A program made the position numbers and the translations under genes. The notes under the pieces are model-generated. The model worked only from the letters and a program-made list of their open reading frames with translations. It made no database searches and was not told where the DNA came from. From Octopus vulgaris (lineage: Eukaryota), in the NCBI GenBank assembly GCA_951406725.2, contig OX597833.1:21266001-21330000 (forward strand): DNA of 64,000 nt, in the 5' to 3' direction. Below are positions 12,449-26,643 of this stretch, piece by piece (within the stretch, counting starts at the first letter, position 1; every line of letters starts with the position of its first letter).

Positions 12449-13335
12449 ATTTTGTTGAATTTTCTGCTGCTTAAAATAAAGTATATATATATATATATAC
12501 ATACATAGGTCTACTATACGCCATTTTAAACTCATGAGTACCTGTATACGTTTGTGTGTGTGTGTATGTATGTGTGTGTGTGAGTGAGTGTGTGTTACGT
12601 GCTATAACTGTCTGTCTCTCTACTTTCTTAAGGACTTCCCTGTTGCTATCATGTACTGTGAAATTTTAAAATTACGTCAAGATTTTCAAATTTGGTATAT
12701 TGAAATAATTTTCTACGGTAAATCCGATTTTGTTATTTATTTGTTACAGAAAAATGTTACTGAAGTTTAAAGTTTAATCAGTTGTACCTATTGAGAAAGC
12801 AGGATTTGGAGGCTGGTATTTTCTGCATGAGAGATGTCTATCACAAAATGAAAACAAAATCATTTGGAGGAGGAATTTTTATTAAACAAACGAATGCAAA
12901 GCATTATGAAGACCAAAGTTGTAAGAACTTCCGAAATTTTAATAAGTTATAATGAATAAAGTCATGTGAAACAGTCGAACAGACATGCAAATAATTTAAA
13001 CAGATAAAAAATTCCTCAATGAAGTATTTTTGCGAAAAATTGCACAAATCTGTCCTGCTCAAGAGGTCGGAGAAGGCATGGTCTGACATGGAATAAACAA
13101 AAATTTATATAAGACATTCTAGTATAAAAATTGCCAGCCAACGACGAGGCATAAAACCAGTAATTCATTGGATATATTTTTTATCCCTTAATGAGGCTAC
13201 TTTACCTCTATTTAAATTATATATATATTATGTTATATTATATTATACCATATATTATATTATATATGTAATATGTAATATATGTGTAATAATTAAATTA
13301 TTACATTATGCACTTTATTGTGCTTTATTATGCGC

Positions 13336-13412
13336 TTGGTTCCCTGGTCTGTGGAAGAATTATCTCGCATGAAACCGCTCCATGATGCAAAAAAAGGGTA
13401 GGGACCGCCAGT
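13336..13412 (+). mobile_element. hAT/Charlie-like DNA transposon terminal fragment
   Basis: GGTCTGTGGAAGAATT..ATGAAACCGCTCCATGATGCAAAAAAAGGGTAGGGACCGC resembles Charlie/MER1-type ends; related copy at 24232-24302. Confidence 0.5.
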
Positions 13413-14299
13413 GCAGCTCTCTATTAATGACTCTTAATTCTTATGGCTCGTAACTCAAATTAAAATTTTGGAAGATACGTGGAGCCAATAGAGATGAACA
13501 AACTTACGACCCACGTACAAAAACTGCGACAAATTATCGAGTCAGCGACAGTGAGTCTCTTCTCTATACCGGATAACGAAAACAAATTAGTTATTTAAAA
13601 CGACTGACAAACAGATTAAAAACGAATCTACAAGTATTCAGGGAATTATGTGTTATACATTAATCTCTTTCTCTCCCACTCATTCTCTCTTCTTCTTTCT
13701 CTCCCCCTCTCTCTCTCTCTCTCTCTGTCCTTGTTTTCTTTGTTTTCCTCAGAGTGAAATACTGGTTGTTTGATGTTAATACATAATTTGGTTACCTTAC
13801 AAATACAAGGAAATATATCCGAGATGAATCAAGTACGGAATAAAATTTAAATAAAAAACTAGTTAAATGTTTTGTTTATATATATTCTAATGCATATTCT
13901 ATATAGAACTGAAACGCCTTCATTTCGAACAGGAAAAAAAAGAAACATAAAGAGAGAAAAAAGCCAGAACCAGTTTGGAATCGTGTAGTGCAAATGTCAC
14001 CATGACATTTCTGCAATCCTACCCCCTCTCTCTATCTCCCCCTCTCTCTGTCTTTTCCTCTCTCTATCTCCCCCTCTCTCTGTCTTTTCCTCTCTCTATC
14101 TCACCCTCTCTCTCTTTCCCTCTTTGGTGGAAACTATGATATCAGAACTGGAGAAGGAGATTGATGATGAAATATTGAAATCTTGTAAAAGCTCAGTGGA
14201 CTTAAAGCCAAATATAAATATCCTTTCAATTCAAAAGGTGTTGGTTAAAAGTTGAAATTTGCTCGAAACAATTACAACTGATTTTGACTTTGAAGAACG

Positions 14300-14420
<121 letters not shown>

Positions 14421-14699
14421 CACGATCATGGTGATGATCATAATCATCATGATGACTTTTTTTTCATTTGCAACGGAGGTGTCAGGTGAAGGTGACACTA
14501 GAAAGACAGTTGTGTGTGAATGGGGGTTGATGGTTACGTAAAAGAGGAGGTGAAAGAAAAGGAAAAGATGGTGAAATTAGATAATACTATTCGTAGTATA
14601 CAAAATATATGAACACATAAATGATTCTGTTCCAACTAGTACCACTCAAGGAACCCCACAAATCAGCGATCACTCTGACCACTAAAACTACGAACCCTT

Positions 14700-15380
14700 A
14701 CCCATCTGTTGCTCTCTTACCTACAGGAGCATGCTTAGGGTAGGTTCGTTCACCAAAACCGTTTTCCAAGGTCACCGTTTTTACAAATTCACTGAGAAGT
14801 ACTTCCCTCTCCACTTTCATTTTCCTTTCCAAGTGGAACTTAAATGAATTGATGAGGACTTGACTTCAATTCTTTCGGCGTCGACCACCATACAACCTAT
14901 TTCTCAATAGCCACTAGACAGAGGATCACACCCCTGCCTGTACTTTTAAAGATGAATGGCGGGGCGATCCTCACGATAGATTTGGCTGAGGGTCGGATTC
15001 GTCTAATATAAGACTACAGCTATTCAACATACCTCCACAGGTCAGCAATATTCGGACACGACAAAGTGAATCTTGTATGATTTCTTCGCTCTGCACGCAC
15101 TTTGGGCAGTCCTGGCTGCACTTCCGTGCCGCCAGAATTTGTCACGAACCAGCAGCAACCGTCAGTGGCTCAGTCAGGGCTTTCTGGAAATTGTCCATGG
15201 TTTCTCCCGGCCCGAAAGATTCGGTCTTACTCTCCACTATATATCTATACACTGCGAGCGTAGAACTTCCAGCAACCGCATCGCTCGACTTCTTAACACC
15301 TGGAATGTTGTCGAACGCTCACTGCGCTCTAGCAGTCGGGTAATGCAGTTAGTGGGAGTCCTACGATGCCAGCATTGGTG
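14700..15380 (-). mobile_element. Decayed L1/Tx1-clade LINE ORF2 C-terminal fragment
   Basis: Minus-strand translation MDNFQKAL..RDKFWRH..CPKCVQSEEI...CPNIADLWRYVE..RIRPSAKSI..LCLVAIEK.VVWW (CCHC knuckle region). Confidence 0.6.
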
Positions 15381-16257
15381 AGTGGGGATAAAAAATACAG
15401 TGAGAAAGAAGTAGATTGCTTCACAAATTTTAATGATTTTTAGGTAATTTTTGTTGTGTGGGCGCCCCCAGACGATGAAGTAGGCAAGCCCAATACGTAG
15501 ATATAGAGGGAGAAGCCTAGACGTCAGGAGCACAGTCAACCAGAGTAGAGTTCAGTAGAAGGCAGCCGAATGTGCGACAACAATTTCAAAGATAAAATAA
15601 ATATTTCATGGAAACATCTTAAATCATAAAACCATACGTATATGTGGCTGAGAAGCTTTCAGCCTTCCTAGAATACCGTAAGGGGATAGGATGTAATTTT
15701 CAAAAAACAGACACAAAAATTACGAATAACTGGAAAAAATAATTCCCGAAAATGAGAAAAAGGACATCTATGGCGTATTTATGTCTATTTTCTTAAACAA
15801 ACAAAGGATGGAGACATAAATATAATAAAGGCGTCATTGGTTTCTATGTGACGCACTGGCAAAAGATGTTAAAAATTCTCAATCTCAAAATAGTTGCTGC
15901 ATGTAGAAACGCATATATAAGTGCACTGACTGCTTCTACCAAATGCATTTGCGAATTTTAAGAGAATATCAGCAAAAACTAAAACGGGATAAAAAAAAAG
16001 AGACATGCATAAAATATTCCGAGGAATTCAAACTTAAGTAGACTAAAACACATGCAAAATGTCAAAGCATTTTATAGCAAATAGATATGTATACAGAGAA
16101 AAGCTGATAAAACACCACACACGCACTCACACACACATACACACACACTAGTACATTCATACATAAACATACATATGCGCATGTATGTACAAATATATAT
16201 ATGTTTGTGTGCGTGTGTGTGTGTACGTATATATGTATGTGTGTGTGTGTGTATGTG

Positions 16258-16430
16258 TGAGGCGCAATGGCCCAGTGGTTAGGGCAGCGGACCCACGGTT
16301 GTAGGATCGCGGTTTCGATTCCCAGAAAGGGCGTTGTGAGTGTTTATTGAGAGAAAACAACTAAAAGCTCCACGAGGCTCCTGCAGGGGGGGCGATCTCT
16401 ACTGTACTCTTTCGCCACAACTTTCTCCCA
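16258..16430 (+). mobile_element. SINE family C, 3'-truncated
   Basis: Head nearly identical to 2812. Confidence 0.75.
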
Positions 16431-16546
16431 CGATGGTGGTGGTGGTGGTGATGGTTTTAGTGGACAAACACACACAACACACACAGATATATATGTATAC
16501 ATACGTACGTACATACATAGATATACACGATGGGATTCCAAACAGT

Positions 16547-17437
16547 GGATCTTTTCAATTCTGAAGCCAGTTTTTTCAAATTTTTCCTACTGAACCAAAC
16601 AATTTGAAACTTCGTATACTGGTAGAATGTGTCAAAAGTAAACTTAATTGTAAACCAGAATGAAAACGGAATTGTAACTTCTAAGTTTAACGTTGTTTAA
16701 TAATTAGAATTTTAACCAATGATATTCCGTCATTCGGCTTTATTTTATTTACTCCGTCTCGACCACCAATTTGGTGACGTATTAAACATCTTAAATGTAA
16801 ACAAACCGCATGTCTCCGTGAAATCTCCTTCTAATTATTTAACGTACTCATGTTTCCAGGATCCTATAGTCAGCCACCTTCTAATAACAATATTTAAAAC
16901 TAGTTAATAAGCCACATGTATTAAATTGAAAATGTTTCCATTCTGTTAGTACTTGCTTTCGTTTGCTATTAAGAAGTGGCATCTCAGTGACGAGGCTTCT
17001 AACAAGATTTCGTTTCTAAGCTAATGCGTTTCATTTCACTTATTGTATTTATTTGTGCAAAAGGCAAGAAATTTAATATTAAAAAAGCAAAGAGCTGGCA
17101 GAAACGTTAGCACGCCGGGCGAAATGCGTAGCCGTATTTCGTCTGCCGTTACGTTCTGTGTTTGTTTACAGTTTTCAAACGAACGTTAGTACGTCACAAA
17201 AGCGCTTTCTACGTCACACTAATAGAATGCAGTCAAGTTTTACACATGAAAACAAACAATCTGATTGGTTAAAATTCGAAGTTTTAATCTACGATTAAAG
17301 TCATAAAATAGATTTTTCTCAAATAAACTAGTTCCAACCTGTGTCTTGTTTTGCTAGACTCTATCAGCATACGAAGTTTCAGATTATTTAGTTAAGTAGA
17401 AAGATCTGTGGTCCTGGCTTCAAAAATGAAAAGATCC
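16547..17437. mobile_element. MITE with GGATCTTTT termini and 8-bp TSD (Merlin-like by inference)
   Basis: TIR GGATCTTTTCAATTCTGAAGCCAG / CTGGCTTCAAAAATGAAAAGATCC; TSD CAAACAGT at 16539-16546 and 17438-17445; splits a family B SINE and contains a family A 5' fragment (17092-17160). Confidence 0.8.
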
Positions 17438-17659
17438 CAAACAGTTTCTATCTACAAAATCTACACACAAAACATTGGTTGGTATATCAAGTAATTACTT
17501 GGAGGTTCCCTCAACGACTCGTTTCTGCTAGTGTTTCCGTTGCGTACCTCTTGGCGATCACCCATTGAGGGACAACGGGTACCTTTAATCAGTAAAAGTC
17601 AGTTAACCGATTGTCAATTTCCCGACAGTCGGATCGATTAAGTTAGAAAATTTAACGTA

Positions 17660-17830
17660 GTGGCAGGCATTAGAATTTTGCTTTCCAAGCACATGAATCC
17701 TGGTTCAGTCCCATTGCGTGGCATCTTGGGCAGGTGTTTTCTACAAAAGCCTTGAAGTGACCAAAACCTTGTGAGTAGTTTTGATAGACGGAAACTAAAA
17801 GGAGTCAGCCTTATGAGTGTTTGTGTTTGT

Positions 17831-17871
<41 letters not shown>

Positions 17872-18090
17872 TGTGTGTGTGTGTGTATGTGTGTCTTTGA
17901 GTTTGTGCTTGCCCCACTACTGCTTGACAACCGCTGTTGGTATGTTTACGTCCCTGTGACTTAGTGGTTCGGCAAAAGACACCGATAGACTAAGTACCAG
18001 GCTTTGAAAAAAGTAAGTCGACTAAACGATTCTTCAAGGTAGATGCTCCAACATGGCCGCAGTCTGATGACTGAAACGAAGTAAAAAGTA
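17660..18090 (+). mobile_element. SINE family B (tRNA head, internal microsatellite, tail GCTCCAGCATGGCCGCAGTCAAATGACTGAAACAAGTAAAAG)
   Basis: Homology to copies at 24896, 40453, 41618, 50811, 53645. Confidence 0.8.
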
Positions 18091-18759
18091 ACCCAATTAA
18101 TTTCTATTTCGTATTAACGTTAGGCCATTAATACTTCAAGGAAGGGAATAAGTCGATACTATAATTTCTCATTCTTCCAGTAAATTCGAAACAGTGCTTA
18201 GATAATAGCAATCACCGGAAGTTTCTCACGGAAACTTTTCTACTTTAGAGTGTGTTAGATTAATGTAGTTACGAGTATATTCTCGTTTTCGAACAACTTT
18301 TTACTATCATCGATCTCTTTGCTTTTGTCTTCGCTTTCATTTTTTTTTTTATCCTGATATTTAAATAAAGTTAATTCAGTTTATTGTTATGTTCTTTCCT
18401 GTTAACTTATGATAGAGGATAGAGTAAAAAGAAGAAAAAAATGAACGTACAAACAAACCAACAAATATACGCACAAAACTCAAATACATACGATGTAAAA
18501 CCAAAATGAAATCAAGACATCATGGAGTAACCGCCAAATCTAGTGAAGAGGCATCTGGACAAATATTCTGTTCGATGAGATTTCGTCTGAGAATGTAAAC
18601 AGACGTGTTTCTTCAACACATCATTGAAAGCAAACATCGAAGTCGTTTAAAGACGACAACGAATTAAATATCAAGAACATGTTATTTGATCTGAAAATTG
18701 GACATCATTTGGCTTAGTTTCTTTCAATCTGGTGTGTAAAGTATATTTTAACATTCCTC

Positions 18760-18796
<37 letters not shown>

Positions 18797-19029
18797 TATT
18801 GGCATTTTGTTTTGTTTTGTTTTGTTTTGACTGGTGGAAGGAGGGACTGTTTCATGTTGAGAGAAGACACAACGTGTCAAGTTGCTGTGTAGCATTCTTT
18901 TCGTTATCCTTTCAGTGATTACGTAAGCAGACTTGTATGTGTGTGTGTGTGTGCGTGTGTGTGCGTGTGTGTGTGTGTGTGTGTGTTTGATATGACATCG
19001 TGACATCGGAACACTAAATTGATCTTGTA

Positions 19030-19171
19030 GTGTTCACAGAGCCGTGAGAGCGCGATACGACGACGGAGACGTCCGTGGTGGCGAAAGTGCGAGTAGGCGC
19101 TGCTGCAGGGCGCGTGGTCGGTCGGCCGGCGCCCGTGGCGAGAGAGGAGCGAGAGTCAAGGAATGGTAAGG
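19030..19171 (+). promoter_or_regulatory. GC/CpG-rich unique island ending in ATG|GTAAGG; candidate first exon or promoter
   Basis: Strong CpG enrichment relative to the window; ATG at 19163-19165 directly followed by a consensus donor site. Confidence 0.3.
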
Positions 19172-19309
19172 AAAAGAGAAAAAATTGCGATGATGAATCA
19201 ATGAAGTATGCTGATGGTGCTTGCTCGACCTGCAAGAACTAGAGAAATCTCACTCAAATGACAGCCTAACGTCTTTAAGAAGTATACGTTAGATAATGTG
19301 TTCGTAGAA

Positions 19310-19590
19310 TAAAGGATAAAGACCCCCTCCGAGGCACAAATCCGGGCAAGGTTGTTTGTGGAAGATCAACAGTCGTCCATGCATATCCTCTCTTCTCCAT
19401 ATCACCGATGTTTTACAAAGGAAAAGGCAAAGGATGATACAGCTTGGCACCAATGACGTCACAATTCATTTATACAGCTGAGTGAACCGGAGCAACGTAA
19501 AATAACACAACACACAGCCCGATCCGGGAATCGAACTCACTACCTCATGATTGTGAGTCCCACGCTCTAACCACTGAGCCATGCACCTGG
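19310..19590 (-). mobile_element. SINE family D-related copy
   Basis: Reverse-complement tRNA head (GGGAATCGAACTC...CTCTAACCACTGAGCCA) and CAGCTGAGTGAACCGGAGCAAC segment shared with 1420-1740. Confidence 0.65.
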
Positions 19591-19634
19591 TAGGCTCTCG
19601 TCATCCGAGAAAGATGGTCCTGCAATTTCTTCCT

Positions 19635-20060
19635 CTTTTACTCTTTTACTTGTTTCAGTCATGTGGCCATGCTGGAGCACCACCTTTAGTCGATCGAGCA
19701 AATAGACCCCAAGGCCTATTTTTTTTAAAGCTTAGTACTTATTCTATCGGTCTCTTTTGCCGTACCGCTAAGTAACGGGGACGTAAACACACCAGTATCG
19801 GTTGCCAAGCGATGTTGGGGGGACAAACACAGACACACAAACATACAAACACACACACACACACACACATACACATATATATATATATACATATATACGA
19901 CAGGCTTCTTTCAGTTTCTGTCTACCAAATCCACTCACAAGGCTTTGGTTGGCCCGAGGCTATAGTAGAAGACACTTGCCCAAGGTGCCACGCAGTGGGA
20001 CTGAACCCGGAACCATGTGGTTCGTAAGCAAGCTACTTACCACACAGCCACTCCTACGCC
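19635..20060 (-). mobile_element. SINE family B, full length
   Basis: Reverse complement of the family B consensus. Confidence 0.9.
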
Positions 20061-20859
20061 TTGCTGAACAAACGTGCACAAATGATTTGTTTATGGGTAT
20101 TAAATGCATGTGCCGTTCATTAGTTCATTCCCTCCATCAAATAGGCGTTGCCAGAACAGGTGCGCAAGTGTAACCATGCGCCATACACCGAAGTGATAAC
20201 TGAGCCACGTAAGATGAAGTGTCTTGTTGAAGATCATGAAACACAGCCCGGTCCGGCAATCGAACCTACGATTTCGCGAATGTGAGGAGAACGTCCTAAC
20301 CATACGACTCACTAAACTCAAAAATAAACCAGGAAGTTCACGACTGCAATGCCTTAAATCATTATGCTCGGCACTAAACAACAACACGCAAACGTGCTCG
20401 CACACACACATACACACACACACGCACACACACACACACACACACGCACGCACACACTCCCTACACACATCAATATTCCATCAGCCTACAACTTTATATA
20501 GGTGGAAAATCGATATATTTGTTAGCCAAAGATTCCACTTGTTTCCTGCCAACTGCATCTCAGGGGAGACATTACGTCTAATTACAGAGCCCGTATACAT
20601 ACATACATACATACATACATACATGCATACATACATATATATGTATATATATATATACAAAATAGGGCAACGGTCCCGAAAATTAACGTCTACGGAGAAT
20701 ATTTATATAGACTTCATTAGTCATTCTTAATTTGGGTTCGAGGTCACGTTATTTTTATTATTTTAATTTTAATCGCCTTTCTTTCCCCGTCCCCGCCCCT
20801 TCAGACAATTCGAAATGCACATGAATATCTTTTATCATCTGTTTTTTTTTTTTTTTTTG

Positions 20860-21038
20860 CTTTTACTTGTTCCTGTCATTAGACTGCGGCCATGCTGGAG
20901 CCCCGCCTCGAAGAAGTTTTAGTCGTGTGAATCGACTGCAATACTTATTTCTTGTTAAGCTTGGTGCTCATTCTATCTGAATATTTGACCGTACCGCTAG
21001 ATCACGGGGACGTAAACACTCCAAGCATACACACACAA

Positions 21039-21090
<52 letters not shown>

Positions 21091-21215
21091 CGGGATTCTT
21101 TCAGTATCCGTTTAGTAAATGCAATTATAAGGCTTTGGTTGGTGCCACATAATGAGGCTGAACATGGAAGCATGGAGATGAGAAGCAAACTTCTTACTGC
21201 GCAGCCATGCCAGGG
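20860..21215 (-). mobile_element. SINE family B, degenerate
   Basis: Tail and head homology. Confidence 0.7.
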
Positions 21216-21230
21216 CCTATATACATATAC

Positions 21231-21301
<71 letters not shown>

Positions 21302-21577
21302 TAAAGAAATGCTGTGGGGGTATGCGTGTGAATGAGTGTTATAGTCATCATGACAATTTAGAAACTTCGAGAGAGCTAGAAATAATTATTTTTTGGAAGG
21401 GTGAAACTCGAAACCGACTAAGTTATAAATAGCAGCGCGTAAATACTGGGATAAAAACCTCTTTGGATTGAAAAAACTCTAAGGTAGCCTTGGACTTTTA
21501 CTCTCTAAAGGGGATTTTTAACCGAATATTTGAACGTTATCACTAACAGTTTTATCTGCTTCATGTTTCACAGTTCC

Positions 21578-21626
<49 letters not shown>

Positions 21627-21801
21627 CATATATTCTTTTATTCTTTTATCTGTTCAAGCTGATGGACACTACCGTTATTCATACACAAATTACATACGCA
21701 TATAACGGGAAGCTTTATGAAAATAAACAAAAGACGAAGGCAGGTGGAATACAAACAAACAATTGTATTAGTATGGCGCTCAGGAATATAAATAAAACAA
21801 G

Positions 21802-21839
21802 TCTTTTACGTTTCGAGCCTACGCTCTTCAACAGAAAGA
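21802..21839 (-). ncRNA. Minimal type I hammerhead ribozyme motif, A6U variant (family E)
   Basis: Reverse complement TCTTT-CTGTTGA-A-GAGC(GTAG)GCTC-GAAA-CGT-A-AAAGA; 5-bp helix I, palindromic ACGT helix III. Confidence 0.65.
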
Positions 21840-21913
21840 TACACAGAAAAGAAACACAGAAAGAAACAAGGAGAGAAAAAAAATGCGTGCAGAGGCTAGC
21901 GATTCAACATGGC

Positions 21914-21947
<34 letters not shown>

Positions 21948-22117
21948 TGAGTCTAGCGTTGCAACAGCGGCACAACGTAGGAGGTGTTGAAAATAATATT
22001 AGATGGAAGTAAATCGTCAAGTCAAAGAAACATACGACAGACATATTGGAAAGTGAACAGGGAATAGTCCGAAGACGTACTCTCTCTCTCTCACTTCCTC
22101 TTGCTCTCTCTTTCTCC

Positions 22118-22169
<52 letters not shown>

Positions 22170-22249
22170 TGTGTGTGTGTGTGAGCATTTATTTATAGGA
22201 AACAAGGAAAATAAGCTCAGAGGCGTATGAAATCTGTCACACGAGAAAG

Positions 22250-22330
22250 ATGATGATGACGACGACGACGACGACAATGATGATGATGATGATGATGATG
22301 ATGACGATGATGACGATGATGATGATGACA

Positions 22331-22368
<38 letters not shown>

Positions 22369-22400
22369 GAAGAATAGGAGGAGGAGGAGGGGAGGCAGAT
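22250..22400. repeat. (GAT)n/(GAC)n/(GAG)n compound trinucleotide microsatellite
   Basis: Direct reading. Confidence 0.9.
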
Positions 22401-22477
22401 GAGGTCGATGTTGATGAAATATTTATATTGCACAACTTGGCTGACTGCTCATCGTAGGGATACTGTCAGAATAATGT

Positions 22478-22532
<55 letters not shown>

Positions 22533-22649
22533 CGCTTGTGTGTATGTCCGCGTGTGTGTATGCATGTACACATGTAGCTATGTTTCTATTGACATATGTT
22601 AATAGCAAGATACTAATGTGTGTATACAGTTGCTTTCTCAAGATATTAG

Positions 22650-22905
<256 letters not shown>

Positions 22906-23315
22906 GAGAGAGAGACACACACACACAAAGAGAGAGAGAGAATGACATAGATAGATATAAATATATGTGTGTGTATGTGCACGCGCGCGTGTGTGTGTAC
23001 GTATGTGTGTATATATGTAAGTATGTATGTGTGTATGAATGTACGTATTTATCATGTATATATCATGTATGTATAACCTCGTATACATACATATGTTTTC
23101 GCATATGTGAATAGTATATTTATATCGAGTCTAGAAAACATGCTTCGAAGCCTAAAGAAATTCATATTTGTATTTGTTTTCTGGTTTTTTTTTTATATGT
23201 TTATCTTTGACGGAAAAACAATTCTCTGTTATTTTGAGAAACTTCCAGAAAGATGGTAACAGTTTATTCCATATTTTGGAAAAAGAACGTGCGTGTGTGT
23301 GCGCGCTCGCCTCGC

Positions 23316-23349
<34 letters not shown>

Positions 23350-23440
23350 ATATATATACAAATATACATACATACACACACATATATATACATACATACA
23401 TATATACATAGGTATATTATACATATATATCCATATATAC

Positions 23441-23488
<48 letters not shown>

Positions 23489-23489
23489 T

Positions 23490-23882
23490 CTTACTCTTTA
23501 CTCTTTTACTTGTTTCAGTCATATGACTGTGGCCATGCTGGAGCACCGCTTTTAGTCGAGCAAATCGGCCCCAGGACTTATTCTTTGTAAGGCTAGTACT
23601 TATTCAATCGGTCTCTTTTGCCGAACCGCGAAGTTACGGGGACGTAAACACACCAGCATCGGTTGGGAGGACAAACAGACACACAAACACATATACACAC
23701 ATACATATATATACATATATACGACGGGCTTCTTTCAGTTTCCCTATTCAAAATCCACTCACAAGGCTTTGGTCGGCCCGAGGCTATAGTAGAAGACACT
23801 TGCCCAAGGTGCCACGTAGTGGGACTGAACCCTGAACCATGTGGTCGGTAAGCAAGCTACTTACCACACATCCACTCCTACG
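23490..23882 (-). mobile_element. SINE family B, full length
   Basis: Reverse complement of the family B consensus. Confidence 0.9.
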
Positions 23883-24728
23883 TTGTATATATACTATGTA
23901 TATATATTTAATATATGTACATATACATATATATATTATTATCATCATTATTATAGATATATTACAGCCGGTGTTAATAATCGGTTTCACAACGGTGAGT
24001 AGGTTATTGGACGGTTGTCTAATAACTGTGCACGTCAGAGATGGTATGTACGGATAAAAATGGCTTATTTCTTCTGACATCGATTTTAGATGACTATATA
24101 TTCATATATGTATATACATCTAGTAAAACATGACTTTCCTACTGTTACTACAAGTAACAGTGAAATGCTTCCAAGCGACTGTGAATTGCTTCATCAGTTG
24201 TAAGCATTTTATTTTGCTTTGTTATGCGCATGGTCCCCTGGACCGTGGTAAAATTAACTTGAAAGAAACTTGTCCGTGATGCAAAAAATGGTTGAGGTTA
24301 CTATATGCCATTAAATACGGTACCAAAATGCTTTTTCCTGCACCAAACTAATATGAGGACTTTAAAATATAACATGAACTAAACAGACGTTTAATTAGTT
24401 TAATTACACTGTGCAGTGTGTTCCTTAACTGTACAATTATAACGCTTTGTGATACATGAAAATATCTGACTATTTTACACGCAGCCTTCTTCGCTTCTTC
24501 TCTTCTTCTTGTCGTGTCTACAGTGTGAAGTGTAAAATGATTTTCAACGAAAAGCCACGCTATGAGTGCTACTCTCTTAGGTAGAAAGACGATTTAGAGA
24601 AAGAGAGAGAGAGAGAGAAATAGGCGAGAGAAGCGGGGTAAGGGAGATCGGGAGAGAAGTGAGAGAAGAGGGAAGAGAGAGACGGAGGGGAGAGTAAAGA
24701 AATCAATCTCAGTATTTCATTAGTTCAT

Positions 24729-24896
24729 TACCGTAGATACTCGTGTATAAGACGCACCCACAATTTAATCTTGGTACGAAGATTTTTTTCCCTTTATATC
24801 CAATCTTGATATTAGCTCTGCCCCGCGTATAAGGCGAACCTCATTTTTCGTTTTTAGTTAAAATCAAATATAAAATATTGCGACTTATACACGATA
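24729..24896. mobile_element. Tc2/pogo-like MITE
   Basis: TA|CCGTAGATACTCGTGTATAAGACGCA at the left; inverted TGCGACTTATACACGA at the right. Confidence 0.55.
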
Positions 24897-25285
24897 GGCG
24901 CAGGAGTGGCTGTGTGGTAAGTAGCTTGCTAATCAACAACATGGTTCCGGGTTCAGTCCCACTGCGTGGAATCTTGGGCCGACCAATGCCTTGTGAGTGG
25001 ATTTGGTAGACGGAAACTGAAAGAAGCCTGTCGTATATATGTATATATATGTATGCGTGTGTATGTGTTTGTGTGTCTGTGTTTGTCCCCCTAGCATTGC
25101 TTGACAACCGATGCTGGTGTGTTTACGTCCCCGTCACTTAGCAGTTCGGCAAAAGAGACCGATAGAATAAGTACTGGGCTTACAAAAGAATAAGTCCCGG
25201 GGTCGAGTTGCTCGATTAAAGGTGGTGCTCCAGCATGGCCGCAGTCAAATGGCTGAAACAAGTAAAAGAGTAAATAGTAAAAGAG
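24896..25285 (+). mobile_element. SINE family B
   Basis: GGCGCAGGAGTGGCTGTGTGGTAAG head through AAGTAAAAGAG tail. Confidence 0.9.
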
Positions 25286-25833
25286 AGTAAATACGGTAAT
25301 TATCGACCATGAGGGCGAATAAAACAGCAGCATTGGCCTCAGTTCTCCTATTTGTAATAGGAATAACAGAGATACATCTCAGTGACGCCTATAAAAGTGG
25401 GAGACATATTCGCCCATTCTATGTCTTGTAGATTCTTTGAATCGTGTTTACTCTGCTTCTAACCATTTGTGCCAAACCTTTGGCCTGAGAATGTGTGTGT
25501 TTTTGTTTTTAACTCGCAATTTCGGAGGCTCAACAAAAGAGTTTTCTTCCACAAAGCCATACAAAATAATTATAAATCGTAATACTAAACACGGCACAAA
25601 AATCCTACGACAAATATTGGACGTGCAGCGCAGCCCTTATGGCGTCAATTAGTTTGTTTTTTTGGTTTTTTGAGTTCACTGATATTTCATTGAGCGTCTC
25701 ATTTCTTTCGCAGCGTGCTAGGTGCATGTATACATACATACAATCATTCATACACGCACACACAGACACTCATAGACACACACACATACATACATACATA
25801 CATACATACATATTTATATGTATATATATATAC

Positions 25834-25908
<75 letters not shown>

Positions 25909-25912
25909 ACGC

Positions 25913-25947
<35 letters not shown>

Positions 25948-26072
25948 GCATATGCATATATATATATATATATATATATATAGTTCAAATTCACTGAAAA
26001 CAAGAGACAAAGACAGGTGAAGGAACAATAAGCAGGTGTATTAGTTCAACGCTCGGGGAGGATGGAAGAGTC

Positions 26073-26106
26073 TTTGACATTTCGAGCCTACGCTCTTCGA
26101 CAGAAA
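26073..26106 (-). ncRNA. Minimal type I hammerhead ribozyme motif, A6U variant (family E)
   Basis: Reverse complement TTT-CTGTCGA-A-GAGC(GTAG)GCTC-GAAA-TGT-C-AAA. Confidence 0.5.
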
Positions 26107-26249
26107 TGATTGAGGGGGGAGAAAACGGAGAAACAATGAAAAGAAAAGAAACGAGAGAGAATGAGAAACAACGGAGTGAGAAAATAATGTGTAGGATTAA
26201 CGGTTCAACATGATGAAGTTGCCTGAAGAAATAGAGTGAATGCATATAT

Positions 26250-26338
<89 letters not shown>

Positions 26339-26552
26339 AGTGTATATTTATATATATATATATATACATGCATACAAATAAATATATATAGACAGACGGA
26401 TAGGCATACAGACAGACAGACAGATAGATAAATATGGATATAGATATTCATATACACATATATATATATATATACGTTTACGAGTACACACGAACATACA
26501 TACACACATAAATACATATATATATGTATGTACACACTTTCACATACTCATG

Positions 26553-26643
<91 letters not shown>

